NCBI GenBank assembly: GCA_050084985.1
Contig: JBITNC010000001.1
Span: 58,652,001 to 58,716,000, forward strand
Direction of reading: 5' to 3'
Length of the DNA stretch: 64,000 nt
Origin: Nageia nagi
Lineage: Eukaryota; Plantae; Pinophyta
Shown here: positions 25,531 through 37,728 of the stretch, one piece after another
Layout of the letters: every line of letters starts with the position of its first letter
Numbering within the stretch: position 1 is the first letter of the stretch
Notes under the pieces: model-generated
What the model was told of the DNA's origin: nothing
Database searches by the model: none
What the model saw: the letters and a program-made list of their open reading frames with translations, nothing else
Translations under genes and position numbers: made by a program

Positions 25531-28500
25531 ATGGAGCTGCTTCAGCAGGAGAGCTCCAGATTTGGAGCACCAGCAGCGCCATCAACAACAACAACACCAA
25601 CGCCAGTACCACGCCCAGCAAGAAATTTATCTTCCTCCTCCTCTGCATTTGTTTCGGCTTCTCAATCCCCCTTCTTCTCTCCAAGATCTCCAACACCTTC
25701 AAACTACACAGAATCCCAATTTTCAGAATCCAGCAAATCAGATATCCAGACGTCATCCAACAGTGGATCTCAGCTATCTATCATCAGAACCACTTATGCA
25801 CAGAGAGCTCCCGTACTCCTCTCGTACCTCTCCCTGAATGCGACGTCTGTCAATGACATACCCAGCTCCTCCCATGGCCCCTCCTTCATTAGAGCAACCC
25901 AGTTCAAGGACACCCAGAACCACAAAATTCCATCTTTGGCCAGCAGGGATACAGGATCCAATCATGGGATGCCACAAAGACACCCAGTGGCCACCTCATT
26001 AAGGGCAAGCAATGGGGGAACCCGAGTCTCATTCGCCAGGACCTCAGCATCTCTGTCATCTTCAGCAAGGCTGAGGAGCTGTGACGTGTACATTGGAACC
26101 CATGGGCAAAAACCATCCTTGTTGAGGTTCACAAAGTGGCTTCGAGCGGAGCTGGAGCTCCAGGGGATCGCTTGTTTTGCAGCTGACAGGGCAAGGTACA
26201 CAGACTCCAGGAGCCATGACATTGCTGACAAGGTAATTAGCTCCGCCACCTTTGGCGTTGTTATTGTTACAAAGAAGTCTTTTGGGAATCCATATAGTAT
26301 AGAGGAGTTGAGGATTTTTCTGGGTAGAAAAAATTTGGTTCCTTTGTTTTTTGATCTGGGCCCTGGAGATTGCTTGGCGAGAGACATTATTGAGAAGAGA
26401 GGAGAACTGTGGGAGAAGCAGGGAGGTGATTTGTGGATGTTGTATGATGGGGATGAGAATGAGTGGAGGGAGGCTGTCAATGGGCTTAGTAGAGTTAGTG
26501 ATGACTGGAAATTGGAGGCACAGAGTGGGAACTGGAGGAGTTGTGTGATGAGGGCAGTGAGTGTTTTGGGGAGTAGGCTTGGGAGGAGGAGTGTGGCAGA
26601 GAGGGAGAGGCTGAGGAAGGATAGGATCCCGGGTCAAGAGTATCCTTTCCCAAGGAATGAAGGTTTTGTGGGCAGAAGGAAGGAGCTTATGGAGTTGGAA
26701 GCAATTTTGTTTGGGAATGCAGGTGATGATGGTGGTGGCGATGATGATGGCATTCTTGACCTTAAAATCAGACCTAGGAGGAAGGATTCTGTTATTGTTA
26801 GGAGGAGGACTGATAGTGATCGATCCAAAAAGCAGGCACGGAGAATGAGTGAGAGTGATAGATTGAGGGATGTAGAAGAGGAAGGAGGGAATGAAAGGAG
26901 AAGGAGCGAGGCGGACAAGTGGGACATGAAAAATAAGGGGAAATTTGCAGGTTCTGTAGACTTGGGGGGGAGCATTAAGGGGAAGGAGTTGGTTGTGTGG
27001 AAGGAGTCAGAAAATGAGATAGAGATACAAAGAGGGAGGAGTGCGCAGAGGGCAAGGGAACGTCGTCACCGGGCGAGAATCCTGCATAAAGCAAGGTATG
27101 CAAAAAGAAGCAAGGAACTGAATTCGACATATGGTCGAGGCATTTCCTGTGTAACAGGAGAATCAGGGATTGGGAAAACAGAGTTGGTGTTGGAATTTGC
27201 TTACAGATTTGCAGAGAGGTACAAGTTGGTCTTATGGGTTGGTGGAGAAGCGCGTTATCTTAGGCAGAATTTTTTGAATTTGTCTGCTTTGCTAGGATTG
27301 GATCTAACTACTGAAACACACATTTCTCCTGAGAAAGGGAGAAATAAGACCTTTGAGGAGCAGGAAATGGAAGCTATTCAGAGAGTGAGAAAAGAGCTTG
27401 TTAGAGACATTCCTTATTTGCTTGTGATAGATAACTTGGAAAGTGAGAGAGACTGGTGGGATGGAAAAGACATTTTGGAGCTGCTTCCGCGCTTTGGTGG
27501 AACCACGCATGTGATAATCACAACTCGTCTCCCACGGGTGATGAATCTAGATTCCCTGAGGCTCTCATACCTTTCAAGCGTGGAGGCCATGTCATTAATG
27601 AAGGGAAAGAGAAGGGATCTTTCAATATTGGAGTTGGATGCACTAAGGACAATTGAAGAAAGATTAGGTCGGTTAACACTAGGCCTTGGGCTTGTTGGAA
27701 CCCTCTTATCCGAGCTTCCCATTACACCTTCCAGACTTCTTGATACAATAAACAGGGTACCATTGAGAGATTTGCTGTGGGGTATTCGTGATGATTCAAC
27801 ATTAAGGAATCATCCATTTCTTATGCAACTTCTGGATGTGTGCTTCTCCATTCTTGATCATGCAGATGAACTGAATAATTTGGCTAGCAGGATGGCTTTG
27901 GTCAGTGCCTGGTTTGCTCCTTGTCCTATCCCTATTTCTCTTCTGGCAGTTGCAGCTACTAAGATCACACAAAGAACGGGCAGTTCGAAGCTATGGAAGA
28001 AATACCTACATGTGGTGGGTTCATGTTTTTCAGGGTCGCAAAAAAAAAGATCAGAAGTTGAAGCATCAGCTATGCTAATCAAATTTGGAATTGCAAGAAG
28101 TAGCACCAGGCAAGGATGGATTTATATTCATGAGGTGATTCAGTTATATACAAAGAAAAAGGGAGGTAATTTGGCTGCTAAAGCTATGCTTCAAGGTGTT
28201 GGTTGCAGGGCAAACATCCACCTCCATTCAGAGCACTTATGGGCTGCTTGTTTCCATGTTTTTGGATTTGGGAACCAGCCAGTGATTGTCGAACAAAAAG
28301 TGTCTGAATTACTTTGTTTTATCAGAAAAGGAGCAGTTCCTCTGGCACTATATTCTTTTACTACCTTCTCAAGATGCCTTGCAGCTTTAGACCTTCTACG
28401 GCTCTGTACCAATGCCTTGGAGGCTGCTGAGGAATCTTTTGTTTCACAAGTGCCTAACTGGTTGGACAAATCCCTGTGTTGGAAAATTCCTAGGCATTCT

Positions 28501-28704
28501 GATAATCAAATGGATGAGTATCTATGGCAGGATGTAACACTCCTCAAGGCTTGGCTCTTGGAATTAAGGGCAAAACTGATGCTCAGAGGTGGACTATATG
28601 ACACAGGAGAGGAGCTCTGCAGGACCTGTATTAGTATCAGAACAGTTTTATTGGGTACGGAACATCCTGACTCCGTAGTGCTCAAGAGACACTGGCCAAA
28701 CTAG
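25531..28704 (+). CDS. TIR-NB-ARC-TPR (TNP/XTNX) protein, At4g23440/At5g56220-like, intronless; true end probably 28736 (1-bp frameshift at ~28677)
   Basis: 1057-aa ORF. N-terminus MELLQQESSRFG...FVSASQSPFFSPRSP; TIR SCDVYIGTHG...NPYSIEELRIF with the catalytic-position Glu; P-loop GESGIGKT at 27157-27180; Walker B LLVIDNLE; HVIITTR; family insert KGKELVVWKESENEIE; C-terminal TPR-like LRAKLMLRGG..GEELCRTCISIR. Confidence 0.95.
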   Translation: MELLQQESSRFGAPAAPSTTTTPTPVPRPARNLSSSSSAFVSASQSPFFSPRSPTPSNYTESQFSESSKSDIQTSSNSGSQLSIIRTTYAQRAPVLLSYLSLNATSVNDIPSSSHGPSFIRATQFKDTQNHKIPSLASRDTGSNHGMPQRHPVATSLRASNGGTRVSFARTSASLSSSARLRSCDVYIGTHGQKPSLLRFTKWLRAELELQGIACFAADRARYTDSRSHDIADKVISSATFGVVIVTKKSFGNPYSIEELRIFLGRKNLVPLFFDLGPGDCLARDIIEKRGELWEKQGGDLWMLYDGDENEWREAVNGLSRVSDDWKLEAQSGNWRSCVMRAVSVLGSRLGRRSVAERERLRKDRIPGQEYPFPRNEGFVGRRKELMELEAILFGNAGDDGGGDDDGILDLKIRPRRKDSVIVRRRTDSDRSKKQARRMSESDRLRDVEEEGGNERRRSEADKWDMKNKGKFAGSVDLGGSIKGKELVVWKESENEIEIQRGRSAQRARERRHRARILHKARYAKRSKELNSTYGRGISCVTGESGIGKTELVLEFAYRFAERYKLVLWVGGEARYLRQNFLNLSALLGLDLTTETHISPEKGRNKTFEEQEMEAIQRVRKELVRDIPYLLVIDNLESERDWWDGKDILELLPRFGGTTHVIITTRLPRVMNLDSLRLSYLSSVEAMSLMKGKRRDLSILELDALRTIEERLGRLTLGLGLVGTLLSELPITPSRLLDTINRVPLRDLLWGIRDDSTLRNHPFLMQLLDVCFSILDHADELNNLASRMALVSAWFAPCPIPISLLAVAATKITQRTGSSKLWKKYLHVVGSCFSGSQKKRSEVEASAMLIKFGIARSSTRQGWIYIHEVIQLYTKKKGGNLAAKAMLQGVGCRANIHLHSEHLWAACFHVFGFGNQPVIVEQKVSELLCFIRKGAVPLALYSFTTFSRCLAALDLLRLCTNALEAAEESFVSQVPNWLDKSLCWKIPRHSDNQMDEYLWQDVTLLKAWLLELRAKLMLRGGLYDTGEELCRTCISIRTVLLGTEHPDSVVLKRHWPN

Positions 28705-31700
28705 TCAGATATCAAACTAACACTAGAGCTGGGTAAATGGTAGGGTTCTTCAATGCAGGCAGATATCTGGGTGAAATGCCTGTTAAATCAGTCATGCAGA
28801 ACAGGGCTGTCTGTTAAATGAATATTGACAAAGATTATACATGCAGTTTCATTCTGTTGTTAACCATTCATTTGCAAAATCAATGTTGTACGTACAAGCA
28901 CAAATTTTTCTTGGCTTTGGGAGGACAAGAGGATGCTAAATCTTTCATTTTTTTGTTAATGCCAGAAATTCCAACATGGCTGGATATACCAAGAAAAAGA
29001 ACATTGGAGTTGGCTGGATAAATGCAATGTGACAAGTTTACCGTTACATTTTTTCTTTTCCAGAGATTCTTGAATTTTGATTGGGCATAAAAATGGTTTG
29101 TATTGCTGCCCATGAAAAGTTCTGTAGATTCAATTTGTAAAAGGGATAAGTCTTAGATTTTTCCAGTCATCGGAGTTTAACCTTTGTTGGAATTCAGGGT
29201 CTTAAATATGGCAACTCCAACATTTTCATTCTTTAAATAAGATGTAATTTGTTGTTCTGATTTTGAGAATTCTACCTTGCTTCTCTCTATAGACAAATTA
29301 AGATGCACTTTTCTTATCAATCATTTGAAGAATTTGAACTAGACAAATATTTGTAGTTATTACAGATCTATGGAATGCAACATGGATGATCATCTTGGGA
29401 TTTGAATGCTTATCATTATCCTCGTAAGGTTAGTGTTTCACTGGACGGGGACAGTTGAAGGGACAGGTCTTGCTGGAGCATAATGGATACATTATTTCAG
29501 AAGACTTTATGCTCTCTTTGAAATCAATTAATACTTCTAAAAATTAAAATCTTTCCAACAACATTAAAGATGTAATTTATACCATTTAAGCTCACAACTT
29601 TGAGACTAATTCCTTGAGAAAAGGTACTTCACATGTGAGATTAATGAGAATTAAATTGTAAAATTTTCTTGTAATACCCTGTATATTTTCTATAATAAAT
29701 ATCTATTTATCTCCGTTAATGGAGTAATTCTTTTGTATAATTTGCATTATGCTATTTGAACAATTATATAGATTGAGAAGTGAGAATCACAAGTTTATTG
29801 TGGAACAAATCTAGAAATCAATTACAAATATGTATAAAAGAAAGAGATTGAAAAAGTTTCACTCAAACTTAACTTCAAAGTTAGAATATTGGATTCTCTG
29901 CAACCCTCAAGATCAGTCAAGGTAGGGATCCCTTTCATGTTGAACAGATTCACAAGAGATTTTGATGATACAGAACCAAGGACAGACTCTAAAAATGCAT
30001 GGAAAGTTTAGTCATATCTGTCATGGAAATATCATGCTATCATTATTTATTTGAGGACCCCTGTTTGCGTTCTGAAAACTGCGAGATTAAGCAATATTCT
30101 TGATAATGCAAGATTGGCCTAATAAGACCTCTCTTTTGAGTGGCCTTTATTTGTTCAAGCTTTTTAGAGTCACAGGATGGCAAAAACTTATAGTTTTCTT
30201 GTTGCAATGGGAGGAATTTCTCTGAGAATAATATTTAGGGGAACAGATGGCCAAAGTGCAGGAGTAAAAAATTTGTCTAGAAAATACTTGCACACAAATC
30301 GCCAATCTGACTTATTTGAAGACAGTATTCACTGTATGCTTCTGTTTCAATGTATATTTGAGAAAAATGTATGAAAGGCTTAAATGGATAACCATGCAAT
30401 TACTTTATTAGATTTATTTCTATGGACGAGTAGTAGGCCACCTCAAATTGCGCATAAAAGGACATTTAGCTTCTGCAAATAGTTGTATGTTGAGCTAAAG
30501 CATGCGTACTGTTTGCCGGAAACACCGACACAAGTGGAAGAAGAAATAGCTGGCTTTGAGGATGATGCAGTGGCAAACAAACCTTGGTATAATGGTTTCA
30601 AAAAAGCATCAATACACACAAAATTTAAAATGACAAGGTAGGCAAACATATGGCCTTATTTCCTTTACTAAAACAACATAAACTTGCATCGTCTTCTGTT
30701 AGTAGTTCAATGGAAAGCATATTTGCAGTGCTATATGAAAATGAGATGGGTCAAAGGGACATTGTAAACCTTCATGAATCTATCTTCTTTGTTACTTGGT
30801 GCCTAATAGAGGTCATTGTTCCATATTCAATTTTTCATTGAAGCTAAGGTCAAGATAATATACATTCATTTCAAATGATTTTTTTCTCTTCACTTGTATT
30901 TAAAATGGATTTTTTTCTTTTGTAAACAGGCATTGCTGAGCGAATGGAATACACTCCAGAGATGAGCCAGAGTGTGATGATGCGAATGGTTGAACATTGG
31001 AATAAACCAGAGAGTTTGGATACCTTAATTGCCAATGCTTGCTGCCTCTATGTTTCCTCCATATATATCTAATAACTGATTGTATCATCAGCATAATACT
31101 TGATATACATCATTTTGATTTGAGGATAAGAGGAGAGAATATGCTGCAGCAGAGAAGTATCTTGAAGCAGCGTTGCATGTGATTTAAGTAATCAGACTGT
31201 AAATTGATATACCTACAAATTTTACATGTAAGATTCTTCTTTCCCTTATAGAACAAACATTAAAGTACTTCTGCAAAGAACAACAGTAAACAAATTGATA
31301 TTGCTGTAGACTTATTTTCTTTTCTACTGTTGAATTGTGATGCTCTTTTCTAATTTGTAAAACAAGCAGCTATTGATTTGCATTTTGCTTGATTGTAAGG
31401 TAGTAAACCAATTTATAAAATTTCAATTCTGACAGCCATATGCCAAATCATTCTGTCATATTATCTCGTTTGGGAGGCATTATCATATGAATGCAATTGC
31501 TAAATCTTTCGCTTTAAGGTTGTGGTTGGCACGTACATTTCTCTATGTAAAAAATTATATATAAGCAAACAAAAAATAGAAGCGGAAAAATTTCTATTGG
31601 TGTAGTATAACATCTATAGATGTGCCTTGACCACCAATTTCTCTTTTCTGGTTACTGTCACGTATCTTTGTCAGAGGGATCTTTATTGCCATGTTTATTT

Positions 31701-34339
31701 ATGTTATCCTTGTGGTTGAAATTCTGTCATATTCTTGCAATCTTATGAGCACATTTGGTGGTTTCCAAACCACTGCCTTTTGTACTGTTCATATTCTTTT
31801 ATATGTCTCTCTAATGCTTCAGCAGAAAAGATTCATGATATTTATATTTAAGATGCTTCAGTGGTTTATCAAAAGTTTTTATCTTAGATCCTGCATTGTC
31901 TTACAATTGCTGGAAAAATCCATATTAGCAAGTCTGTTACGGGAATAATACCAGCTTACATTTAATGATAAAAAGCACAGAAATGGAATTTGATAGCAAG
32001 TCTTTTCCTTCTATTTTGAAGTATAATATTGGTTGTCAGTTCTTGTACAGTCTAATCAAAGGAGGGTTGCTGGCTTGAAACTTATACAGTATTCTACACC
32101 ACGAGTCTGAGACTTGTACCTTCGTGTGATTGTGATAAAAAAAAATATCTGATGTATAATTACTAATTCAGGAACCGAATTTTAACATTAAAAGCAACAA
32201 AAAGCATTTTAATTGGTCTTCTATTAGCAATGCCGATGCCCACTTTATTGCACAAGCCTTTAAATTTGCTTAGGAATGATAAACAGCCTCAATACTTGAA
32301 GAATACTCATTCGATGTTTTCCTTATCCTTGCACAAAACTAGCTTTGATTTATGGATAAGGTTTGTAAGTGCACTTTATTTTTTCTTTGTTGTGTTGCTG
32401 TCTTAAGTTGGGCAGACTGACTGAATTTGGCTATGAACTTGTCAAGTACAAGCCAATTACAGGCTTTAGTTTGAAGACATGGTATCAAAGTGATATATTG
32501 TTATTGATTATTAGACATGGCTATATCATATATCATAAAAAAAAGTTCTTGGTACATGCATTGTCATAAATTCTCACAATATTGTATTGAAGTTAATTCT
32601 GTAATAGATTAACATGAGGGTTTTAGATTTACAATATGGTATTTTAGGGTCGCTTTGTCTGCAAAGTGTTCTAATCCAACATGTAATTGTGCCAATATAG
32701 TATATACTAGTACATATGAGAGTCAAGGCCCATATGGCTTGTTGAAAATAAAATGTGTACAATTGTTTTGGTATCCTCAAGATCAATGAATGATTGTCTA
32801 TCGGGTCTCAAGCAGTTCACTTTTTTGGCTGGGACCCTCAGCCCAAGGGTGTTTATACTGTAGCTTTGGGTTATTTCTCATCATGTCAGCCAATCTCCTT
32901 AGTGATGTTTTCAATCAACTTTGGCAGCTATCGTTATGACCCAAGTTGAGGTTTTTTGTTTAGCTTCTTTTCCATATGCGGTTCTTACAAGAGATCATTT
33001 GATAAAGCAAGGTTTTTCCAGCCTCTATAGATGTATAATGACGGAGAGACTTTGAATCACCTTTTTCTTTCTTGACCTTTAGCTGCTCGATTATGGAAAA
33101 CGTTGGCCTTATTGGATCTTAGACTTTACATGTCAACTTCTTTTGAGCAAGCTTGACGTACCCAGTTCAAGGTGGGCAAACGTTATCCAGCAAACGCAAC
33201 GTCTGCGTCGTACTGTCAGACAAGTGCTGACATTTTTGGCCGGAAATTTTTTTGGGTAAGGTTAACAAAAATAGATGGACAAAACATTGAGTATAGATTT
33301 TTCAAAATGTTTTGGTGAAGTTTGAATCTAGGTTGCTGATGGAAATTTAACATTTATACTATATTATATTGTAGCATTGATCACGATGTTGATTGACGGT
33401 GAGTTGGTTTTATTTTTAAAAAGAAATTTTATGGAGAATCGTACCACAATTATCTAATAGCCATAGTGCGGTTCTTCGTCGATTCTTCTTAACAATATAC
33501 CAGAAAATGGTCTAACACATTTGACATTAATCGAAAAAATGCATTCACGTGAGGGGATGATGTGTTTGTTGGATAACCTTCTTCACCCAAGGTGGATGGC
33601 ATGGATAGTTTAATGAAGGAGATGGTACGAGTTTGTAGACATCTAAATTTGATTTATTAAAAATCACTAATTTAGGTATCTAAAATGATTTTATTAACTA
33701 GAGGTACTATCAATGATATAATTTCAAAAAAAATATTGGTTAATCATCTTATTGTCTTATATCTTTTGCAAGGTATGAAAAGAATTCTCAAAGATATTTC
33801 AAATCAACAATTCACTTTATGATCAAATTACTTTTGAAAGTAAAACTCTCTACATTTATGATGTGATCACATTGCAAACCCTTTTTGGAGGAGCCAAAGT
33901 TCAAAGAGCCATAACTATTGTTTTGCAAACCCAACAAGCTTATCAAGATGGTCATTTTGAAGGTAATTCATCAAAAAATATATTGCAAGATTTTCAAGTC
34001 AAGTTGGAACCATTTTATGTTGAAATATTGAGTTTTTAAGGTAAGAAGGTTCTTGAGACATGATGTAAAATAGTCATAATATTGGGAAACAGGGTCTAAA
34101 AATGAGCTTTGGGTAGAATGACTAAACGAATACAGGATGTGGCTAATACCTGGGGCATAAAAGAAGCATTTTCTATGAGATCCCAAATCCATCGACCACC
34201 CTAACCTAATTCATGATAAGCCCACCAACTTCCTATCAAGATGCCTACGATGGAAACAAACAGATGAACTTGAGATTTAGGACCTTGAACTCATATAATA
34301 GCCCTTGTAATTTTCATATATGCAAAAAGCTCTTGGAAT

Positions 34340-36882
34340 AGGATTGCCAATGATCCTATATCAAGCCTAATGTAAAGGTTATCTTGTAAAGGTTATCTTT
34401 CATAGATCCTTTAACTAAAGTGGCAAGTCCTTTCTTAATGCATCAGGATTGAGAGTCGAACTCAAAAGAATACCTTTTTCTAGCAACTTGGATCATAGAG
34501 AGAAGGTTCATCTTTAACTTAGGAACATAGAGAACATTTTCAAGAATCTTTCTATGAATTAACACACTTGTAATTCCTTGAACTTCAAAGTGGAGTTATC
34601 ACCTATCACAACCCCATCTTTTCTATACTTATGAAAGTTCTCAAACTTTTTCTTTTCAAATCATAGGTGATTAATGCAACCAGAGTCAACAATCCATTCA
34701 AATGAAAAAGAGCAAAACATGGAGTAGAGTATTGTAGCAAAAATAACATGAATATTCATCTTTCTTTTGTAATTCTTTACATTTCCATTACCTTTATTCT
34801 TTTCCTCTCTTTTCTTTTTGTGGTAATCAATTTCTTTGTGACCTTGAATGTCACAATAGTTACAATTACCATCAAATTTTTTCTTAGAATAACGATTATT
34901 TATTTTACCTTTTCCATCTCTTTGCTTGAAGTGATTTTTGTTGTTATTATTTTTGTTGTTGTGGTTGTTGTCTATGTTATTTCTGTTGCTATGTAGCCAT
35001 TACCTCTTTTCTCAAACCTTTTGGAGGAAGAAGGATAAGATTTTTTATAATGGTTGAACTTCTTTTTGAAAGGAGTTTTGGTTGCTCCAAGAGCAACATT
35101 ATTATCCTTAGGAGAAGAAATCAACACCTTATTGTTAAAGGTTTCCTCATGCTTCAATAGGTGCCTTGAAAGGTTTTCAAGGGAGAAGACTTCTTCTTCA
35201 TCATCAACCATTGTTTCCATAACCATTACAAAATTTTCAAACTTTGAAAAAAGGTTTTGAAGAATGATGAAGACCATGAACTCATCATTGATCCAATTGC
35301 ATCCATAAGCAATAATTTAGGTCCTTACGTAAATGATTTTATTCAAGTAGATAGCCATATTTTCATCTTCCCCTTGATGATATTGAAGCAACCTTTGGAG
35401 AATGGTAAACCTTCTTGAAAAGTTTGAATTAAAGTAGATTTGTTTAAGTTTATCCCAAGCTTCCTTTGCTGAGGTTGAAGAGGAAATCATCATGAGCACA
35501 TCATCTAAAATTGCACGATAAATCATGGAGGTTGATAACTCATTCTTCATGTTGTAAGCCTCTAGTGCCTTCTCATCTGTAGGAGGTACAAGGTTTTTAT
35601 TCATTTTTGCCAAAGCTTCCTTGTTTGCAATTCAATTCTCATCTGAGGTTCCCAAATCCCATAGTTAGAACCATCAAAAATGTGTTTGGATAAAAAAGAT
35701 TCTCTAATTTGCTACATAAGAATGTGAAATAATAAGCATGTGGTTTCAATAAACAACATTAAATGTTAAGTTTTAACCAAGTAAATAATACATATTACAT
35801 TTAACACTAAAGATATACTTGATTTGATTCACAAGTGCAAATGTTTTACAATTCAAATAATAACCTATGTACCCAAATACATTTCTCATCTCAAGAATTG
35901 TAGATGTAGAGTGACATTGTTGAGGCTTATTTTCTTATCTAAAATTAGGCCTTCACTTGGATGCCCACATAAGAGGAGCCCAAATCCTACTAATCCTCAA
36001 CCAGTTCCCCTTGGGTAGCAATATACTCTCACAAGGAGAAGTAATAACTATTTTTAAGGTTTTAACATTTATTGGATCAGCCAAATTATTAATCTTGATT
36101 AAGTTTCAAGTTGTCCTCTTAAGTTATCAGGATAATCTTTGAACGGATGTATACACATGTGGTATCACTACACACATGCCTATCCATCTAATAGAGTTAT
36201 GTTCAAACCAACATAGGACTTAGGGGCAATTGAGAAATACGAACTTTTCACCACTTGGATCATCAGACTTAAAGGCTCAAATTCGCTTATCCTCATTTCA
36301 TGGCTCCCCAAACAAATCATGTTGCGAAATGTACATGCAAATGTATTCATTTTAGTGGGTTGCTCATATCAAGTAGCTCTGATACCAAATTGAAGGAACT
36401 AACACTAACAAGATAATTCTTAATCAACTAAGATCACATGAAAGCTCACAATTGCATCTAACAAACTCACAAAGTAATCTCACAACATAAGATATAAGTG
36501 GTTCCTCCAACTAGGAGTACATCCACTAACTAGATCTTTACTTCAATCACAAATACAACTCTCTTACAATCCTCCTAATCTCAACTCTTACACTTGTATC
36601 CTATAGCATAACTTTACTCCACAATTGATTTGTGATCACAAAGAGGGAGCCTTCTATTTATAGGCCAAAATTCCTCTTTGGATCATCATTTTATCCAATG
36701 TACAAAAACATGACATGCACATCCTTTTACCCAAAGGAATGCTCATGACATGGAGTGTAGGATAAGTTACATTATCATATTCACTTAAATACTTAAGCTA
36801 TCAAATGATAACCTTAAGTATTAGTAAACTTACATAGAATATTTAATACAAACCTTTACAATAATGCATTATACATTCAACA
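34340..36882 (-). mobile_element. Ty1/copia retrotransposon, 5' half (LTR, PBS, gag, protease); 3' half absent
   Basis: LTR 36391-36882 (minus-strand TGTTG...TTCA, TATA CCTATAAATAG at ~36655); PBS TGGTATCAGAGC (tRNA-iMet) at 36376-36387; UBN2-type gag SAKEAWDKLK in ORF 35317-35613; protease EWIVDSGCINHL at ~34667-34700; ENVLYVPKLKMNLLS at ~34500. Confidence 0.9.
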
Positions 36883-37728
36883 ATTTATAGATCTGATATT
36901 TTAAATTTTAAAATTTGATTTTTATATGCAAGATTTCTAATATTTCTGGTTAAGGTTATTGTAGTGGTGTCAAAGCTAGTTTCCTACCAACCTGTTATCA
37001 GATCTGAAGGTTTGCAACTAGACCTAAAAGTTTGAAGGCTAGATATGAATGTTTATGATCATATTTGAAGAGTTAGTGATCAGAGTCATGGTCCTTCCAA
37101 TGAGATGATTAGTGTGGTGTGTTGGATGCAAAGTGACTATGAATGTGGCTATAGGATTTATGAAGTTTCTATGTCCTAATTATGAGCTTACGCAAATGTT
37201 ATCTCCAAATTACACCTAGGGAGGTGAGATATTATTTTCTCATTCTTTAGTCATATTTCTGAGGAGATTATTTGTAGGCAATTTTGAAGAGAAAGTAGAT
37301 CTTTAAGTGAAAGTCTCATCAACTTTAGATTGAGAAAAAGATATCTTACATCAAAAGGTATGCATAAAATAACTCCAAAATGAATCCACCACAATGCTTG
37401 TATCTTCATCCATTGAGGATGGTAAGATCATTGAAAATAGATATGAGGAACCATGTTTGTTTCCTAGCAATAGTCCTTTAATGCATAATTATGGTATTTT
37501 TTTATTAAGTTTTGTAGGAATAGAGGATTTGGAGATCCTAAATTTAATAATAAAATGTAAGGTCTACCTAATTTGATTTGCCAAGTAGTAAATGTAAGGG
37601 AAAATGGATAGCTCGTTCCCTTTCTATTTTTGGTGACTATTTGTTCTACTTGAGGTAGGTTCTTCTTGATCAAAGTTTGCTAAGTTTTTTGCAAGTTTAT
37701 GACTCTACTCTATTTAGATTTTGCTTCT

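Noticed and set aside
25397-28469. Antisense ORFs within the TNP CDS
   Set aside because: Shadow ORFs of a GC-richer coding region with no recognisable motifs.
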